Below, one piece after another: positions 15,250-18,142 of a DNA stretch of 18,142 bases. Source of the stretch: a virus. Taxonomy: Duplodnaviria; Heunggongvirae; Uroviricota; Caudoviricetes. Location of the stretch: the IMG/VR virus record IMGVR_UViG_2703718802_000010; one strand, given 5' to 3'. Numbering within the stretch: position 1 is the first letter of the stretch; each line of letters opens with the position of its first letter. The notes below the pieces were generated by a model, which was not told the DNA's origin, searched no databases, and was given only the letters and a program-made list of their open reading frames with translations. A program made the translations under genes and the position numbers.

Positions 15250-16314
15250 ATGAGTCAGGTTGGTAATCATTCATTCGAATTTCCGGCATCGCAAGGTGTA
15301 CAGGGTGGTACTGTTACACTCTTCCTTACCATACCAGGAAGATCGCTGGCTCGTTTCCTCGCTTCAGATAATTACGGCCATACACTGGAACGCTCTCAGC
15401 GAGAAATTAATCCAAATCGAGTACGAAAATTTTTAAATTATCTCACTAACGCAGACTCAAGAAATGAGCCTTTTATCATTCCCCCTCTCGTAGGTAACTG
15501 TGATTCGAATATAGAATTTGTACCGTTTGGCAACACAAATGTTGGTATAGCCAGAATTCCCCTCGACGCCGAAATAAAACTTTTTGATGGTCAACATCGT
15601 GCAGCTGGCATTGAGATATTTTGCCGAAGTTCCCCATCAACGCTCATGGTTCCCATGATGCTTACAATGAATCTGCCGCTAAAAACCCGGCAGCAGTTCT
15701 TTTCGGACATAAATAACAACGTTTCTAAGCCATCAGCGACCATCAATATGGCGTATAACGGCCGGGATGATATTGCTCAGGGAATGATATCCTTCCTGAC
15801 CCAACATACTGTATTTGCCGATATAACCGATTTTGAACACAACGTAGTGCCATTAAAAAGTAATATGTGGGTGAGTTTCAAGGCACTCACTGATGCAACG
15901 TCAAAGTTCGCTAGGAACGGCAATCAACAACTTGAAATGGGATATATAGAATCTGTCTGGGAGGCATGGATTACACTAACTCAGATTGACTCAATCCGAC
16001 ATGGTGTACACCACGCTACGTACAAGCGCGATTATATTCAGTTCCATGGAGTAATGATTAACGCTTTCGGTTTTGCGGTTCAACAGATGATGGTTAATCA
16101 TTCCATCGCAGAAATAACTTCTATGATCGAAAAACTATGTGCAACTACCAGCTCTGCAGAAAGAGAGGATTTTTTTCTGATGGATAACTGGGCGGGGATC
16201 TGCACGAAAGCCAGCCAGGAAAAACTATCTGTTATTGCCAATGTGGCAGCGCAGAAAGCAGCAGCAAACAGACTGATACAAGCTTTTACCAAAGGAAGTC
16301 TGGAAACAACTTAA
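15250..16314 (+). CDS. DGQHR-domain protein (DndB-like, ParB/sulfiredoxin-fold superfamily), 354 aa
   Basis: Contains the exact motif FDGQHR (KLFDGQHRAAGIEIF) at the position typical of the DGQHR/DndB family, and the length fits. Strong SD (CAGGAGGA) 6 nt upstream of the ATG. Confidence 0.65.
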   Translation: MSQVGNHSFEFPASQGVQGGTVTLFLTIPGRSLARFLASDNYGHTLERSQREINPNRVRKFLNYLTNADSRNEPFIIPPLVGNCDSNIEFVPFGNTNVGIARIPLDAEIKLFDGQHRAAGIEIFCRSSPSTLMVPMMLTMNLPLKTRQQFFSDINNNVSKPSATINMAYNGRDDIAQGMISFLTQHTVFADITDFEHNVVPLKSNMWVSFKALTDATSKFARNGNQQLEMGYIESVWEAWITLTQIDSIRHGVHHATYKRDYIQFHGVMINAFGFAVQQMMVNHSIAEITSMIEKLCATTSSAEREDFFLMDNWAGICTKASQEKLSVIANVAAQKAAANRLIQAFTKGSLETT

Positions 16315-16467
16315 TGAATCAACATTGTCTCATATCAGCATGCTGTACGGCGTCTTTAAGGAACGGTGAGCATGAAAAACAAAATCATCATGGAGCTACA
16401 GGCTCCTTTTTTATTATTCGCATTCACCCTCAAGCGTATTAACCAACAATTCAGGGATTAATGAAAG

Positions 16468-16686
16468 ATGGCAGACATCATTGATTCAGCATCAGAAATT
16501 GAAGAATTACAGCGCAACACAGCAATAAAAATGCGCCGCCTGAACCACCAGGCTATATCTGCCACTCATTGTTGTGAGTGTGGCGATCCGATAGATGAAC
16601 GAAGACGCCTGGCCGTTCAGGGTTGTCGGACTTGTGCAAGTTGCCAGGAGGAGATCGAACTTAAGAACAAACAATGGGGACTGTGA
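16468..16686 (+). CDS. TraR/DksA-family C4 zinc-finger protein, 72 aa
   Basis: CCECGDPIDERRRLAVQGCRTCASCQ has the CxxC-N17-CxxC arrangement of phage TraR/DksA-like proteins. Confidence 0.7.
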   Translation: MADIIDSASEIEELQRNTAIKMRRLNHQAISATHCCECGDPIDERRRLAVQGCRTCASCQEEIELKNKQWGL

Positions 16687-16733
16687 TGGCTTCAAAGCAG
16701 CAAATTTCAACATCGTCCAACTGAGGTGTAAAA

Positions 16734-16973
16734 ATGTTCAGAATCATTTTTCCTAACACCTGGTACGTCGACCACCACGGCACTCCCTGCAAAATCCTGC
16801 GTTCTACCCACAACAAAGTTCACTACATCCGAAAAGGCAGAACATGTATCGCCAGCATGTTCCGCTTTAATCATGACTTTGAACCTGTGAATAAAGCTGA
16901 TGCAGATCGGATAGCAGAAGAGATCGAAACGGCAGAACACATTAAGAAGTTACGTGCCATACGCAGGAAATAG
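16734..16973 (+). CDS. Hypothetical phage early protein, 79 aa
   Basis: ORF with SD GAGGTG 6 nt upstream; co-oriented with xis and int. No domain recognised. Confidence 0.45.
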   Translation: MFRIIFPNTWYVDHHGTPCKILRSTHNKVHYIRKGRTCIASMFRFNHDFEPVNKADADRIAEEIETAEHIKKLRAIRRK

Positions 16974-17112
16974 AAAAATTGATAAATTCAATACTGCATT
17001 ACTCAGCATTAAATTTATCTCTATGACCAGTCAAGAGATGTACCTGCCATGAGCTTAATATCATGTCAGATATATCGGTCACAAACTCCCTCAGCAGCTA
17101 AGAGGAGGACAA

Positions 17113-17349
17113 ATGTCTCGACTAATCACTTTACAGGACTGGGCTAAAGAAGAATTTGGGGACTTAGCACCAAGTGAGCGAGTTCTGAAAAAATACGCGC
17201 AAGGGAAAATGATGGCCCCACCCGCTATAAAAGTTGGTCGCTACTGGATGATTGACCGAAATTCCCGTTTTGTAGGAACGCTTGCAGAACCGCAACTCCC
17301 AATAAACGCAAACCCAAAACTCCAACGGATAATCGCTGATGGCTGCTAG
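17113..17349 (+). CDS. xis: Excisionase Xis, lambda-like
   Basis: LITLQDWAKEEF ... PPAIKVGRYWMIDRNS resembles lambda Xis (YLTLQEWNARQ ... PPPVKDGREYLFHESA). SD AGGAGGA upstream; 3' end overlaps the int start. Confidence 0.75.
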   Translation: MSRLITLQDWAKEEFGDLAPSERVLKKYAQGKMMAPPAIKVGRYWMIDRNSRFVGTLAEPQLPINANPKLQRIIADGC

Positions 17350-18142
17350 ACCCCGATCTCACAAAATCTCTATACCCAATTTATATTGCAAATTAGATAA
17401 GCGAACCGGAAAGGTATATTGGCAATACAAACATCCACTATCCGGTCGTTTTCATAGCTTAGGAACTGATGAGAATGAAGCAAAACAAGTTGCTACTGAA
17501 GCAAATACCATTATTGCTGAACAACGTACCAGACAAATATTAAGCGTCAATGAGCGTCTGGAAAGAATGAAAGGCAGGCGCTCAGACATTACGGTGACAG
17601 AATGGCTTGATAAATATATTTCTATCCAGGAGGACAGGCTGCAACATAATGAACTAAGACCCAACTCCTATCGGCAAAAAGGCAAACCCATTCGTCTTTT
17701 CCGTGAGCATTGTGGAATGCAACACCTCAAGGATATTACCGCACTTGATATTGCCGAAATAATTGATGCTGTAAAGGCTGAAGGTCATAACAGGATGGCG
17801 CAAGTCGTGAGAATGGTGTTGATCGACGTCTTCAAAGAAGCACAACACGCAGGACATGTTCCGCCAGGATTTAACCCTGCGCAGGCAACAAAACAACCGC
17901 GAAATCGAGTAAACCGCCAAAGATTGTCACTGCTCGAATGGCAGGCAATATTTGAAAGCGTAAGCAGACGGCAGCCCTATTTAAAATGCGGCATGCTACT
18001 TGCTCTTGTTACTGGACAACGTTTAGGCGATATCTGCAATTTGAAATTCTCTGATATATGGGACGACATGTTGCACATTACTCAGGAAAAAACCGGTTCA
18101 AAACTTGCTATTCCGCTTAACCTGAATAGACTGGCCCCCTGA
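17339..18142 (+). CDS. int: Lambda-family tyrosine integrase, 3'-truncated by the window edge (267 aa seen)
   Basis: MAARPRSHKISIPNLY ... ALVTGQRLGDICNLKFSDI parallels lambda Int (RRSHERRDLPPNLY ... AVVTGQRVGDLCEMKWSDI). The catalytic C-terminus lies beyond the window. Confidence 0.85.
   Translation: MAARPRSHKISIPNLYCKLDKRTGKVYWQYKHPLSGRFHSLGTDENEAKQVATEANTIIAEQRTRQILSVNERLERMKGRRSDITVTEWLDKYISIQEDRLQHNELRPNSYRQKGKPIRLFREHCGMQHLKDITALDIAEIIDAVKAEGHNRMAQVVRMVLIDVFKEAQHAGHVPPGFNPAQATKQPRNRVNRQRLSLLEWQAIFESVSRRQPYLKCGMLLALVTGQRLGDICNLKFSDIWDDMLHITQEKTGSKLAIPLNLNRLAP

Larger units (their letters stand above)
1696..18142. mobile_element. Defective mosaic lambdoid prophage (e14-type icd integration with a DLP12-like O'-P-ren-emrE-ybcK block); extends beyond the right window edge
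   Basis: Bounded on the left by the icd fragment. Contains xis-int, lambda-like P, ren, tfa, stf and a J fragment, with int transcribed towards the right edge where the second att site would lie. Lacks repressor/cro, Q, lysis and head genes. Confidence 0.8.

Noticed and set aside
16098-16292. 64-aa minus-strand ORF
   Set aside because: Antisense inside the DGQHR gene; no signals.
16507-16940. 68-aa and 77-aa minus-strand ORFs
   Set aside because: Antisense to the TraR/DksA-like gene and the 79-aa gene, which have SDs and fit the xis-int operon orientation.
17452-17920. 70-aa and 88-aa minus-strand ORFs
   Set aside because: Antisense within the integrase gene.

Overview
The window reads as host flank followed by a decayed, mosaic lambdoid prophage that runs off the right edge, identified by reading the ORF translations against recalled protein sequences (no searches were run). 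Left flank (1-1530): ycgX, iraM and a displaced 3' fragment of icd with its terminator, the signature of an e14-type integration into icd. The prophage (about 1696 onward) carries, in order: a two-gene McrBC-family restriction module next to the att junction (a 660-aa McrB-like GTPase with a long unrecognised N-terminal region, plus a McrC-like nuclease); phage-lambda-like tfa and a 5'-truncated stf; a J fragment fused to a truncated NinB/YbcN-like gene; two unknown ORFs; a large serine recombinase (YbcK-like) and emrE; lambda-like ren and P with only the C-terminal stub of O; then, divergently, a DGQHR (DndB-like) protein, a TraR/DksA zinc-finger protein, a small unknown ORF, xis and a 3'-truncated int. 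No repressor/cro, Q, lysis or head genes are present. The most interesting candidates are the McrBC-like module with its non-canonical N-terminal region and the lone DGQHR-family gene in the early-left accessory slot. No CRISPR array, rRNA or complete tRNA was seen.
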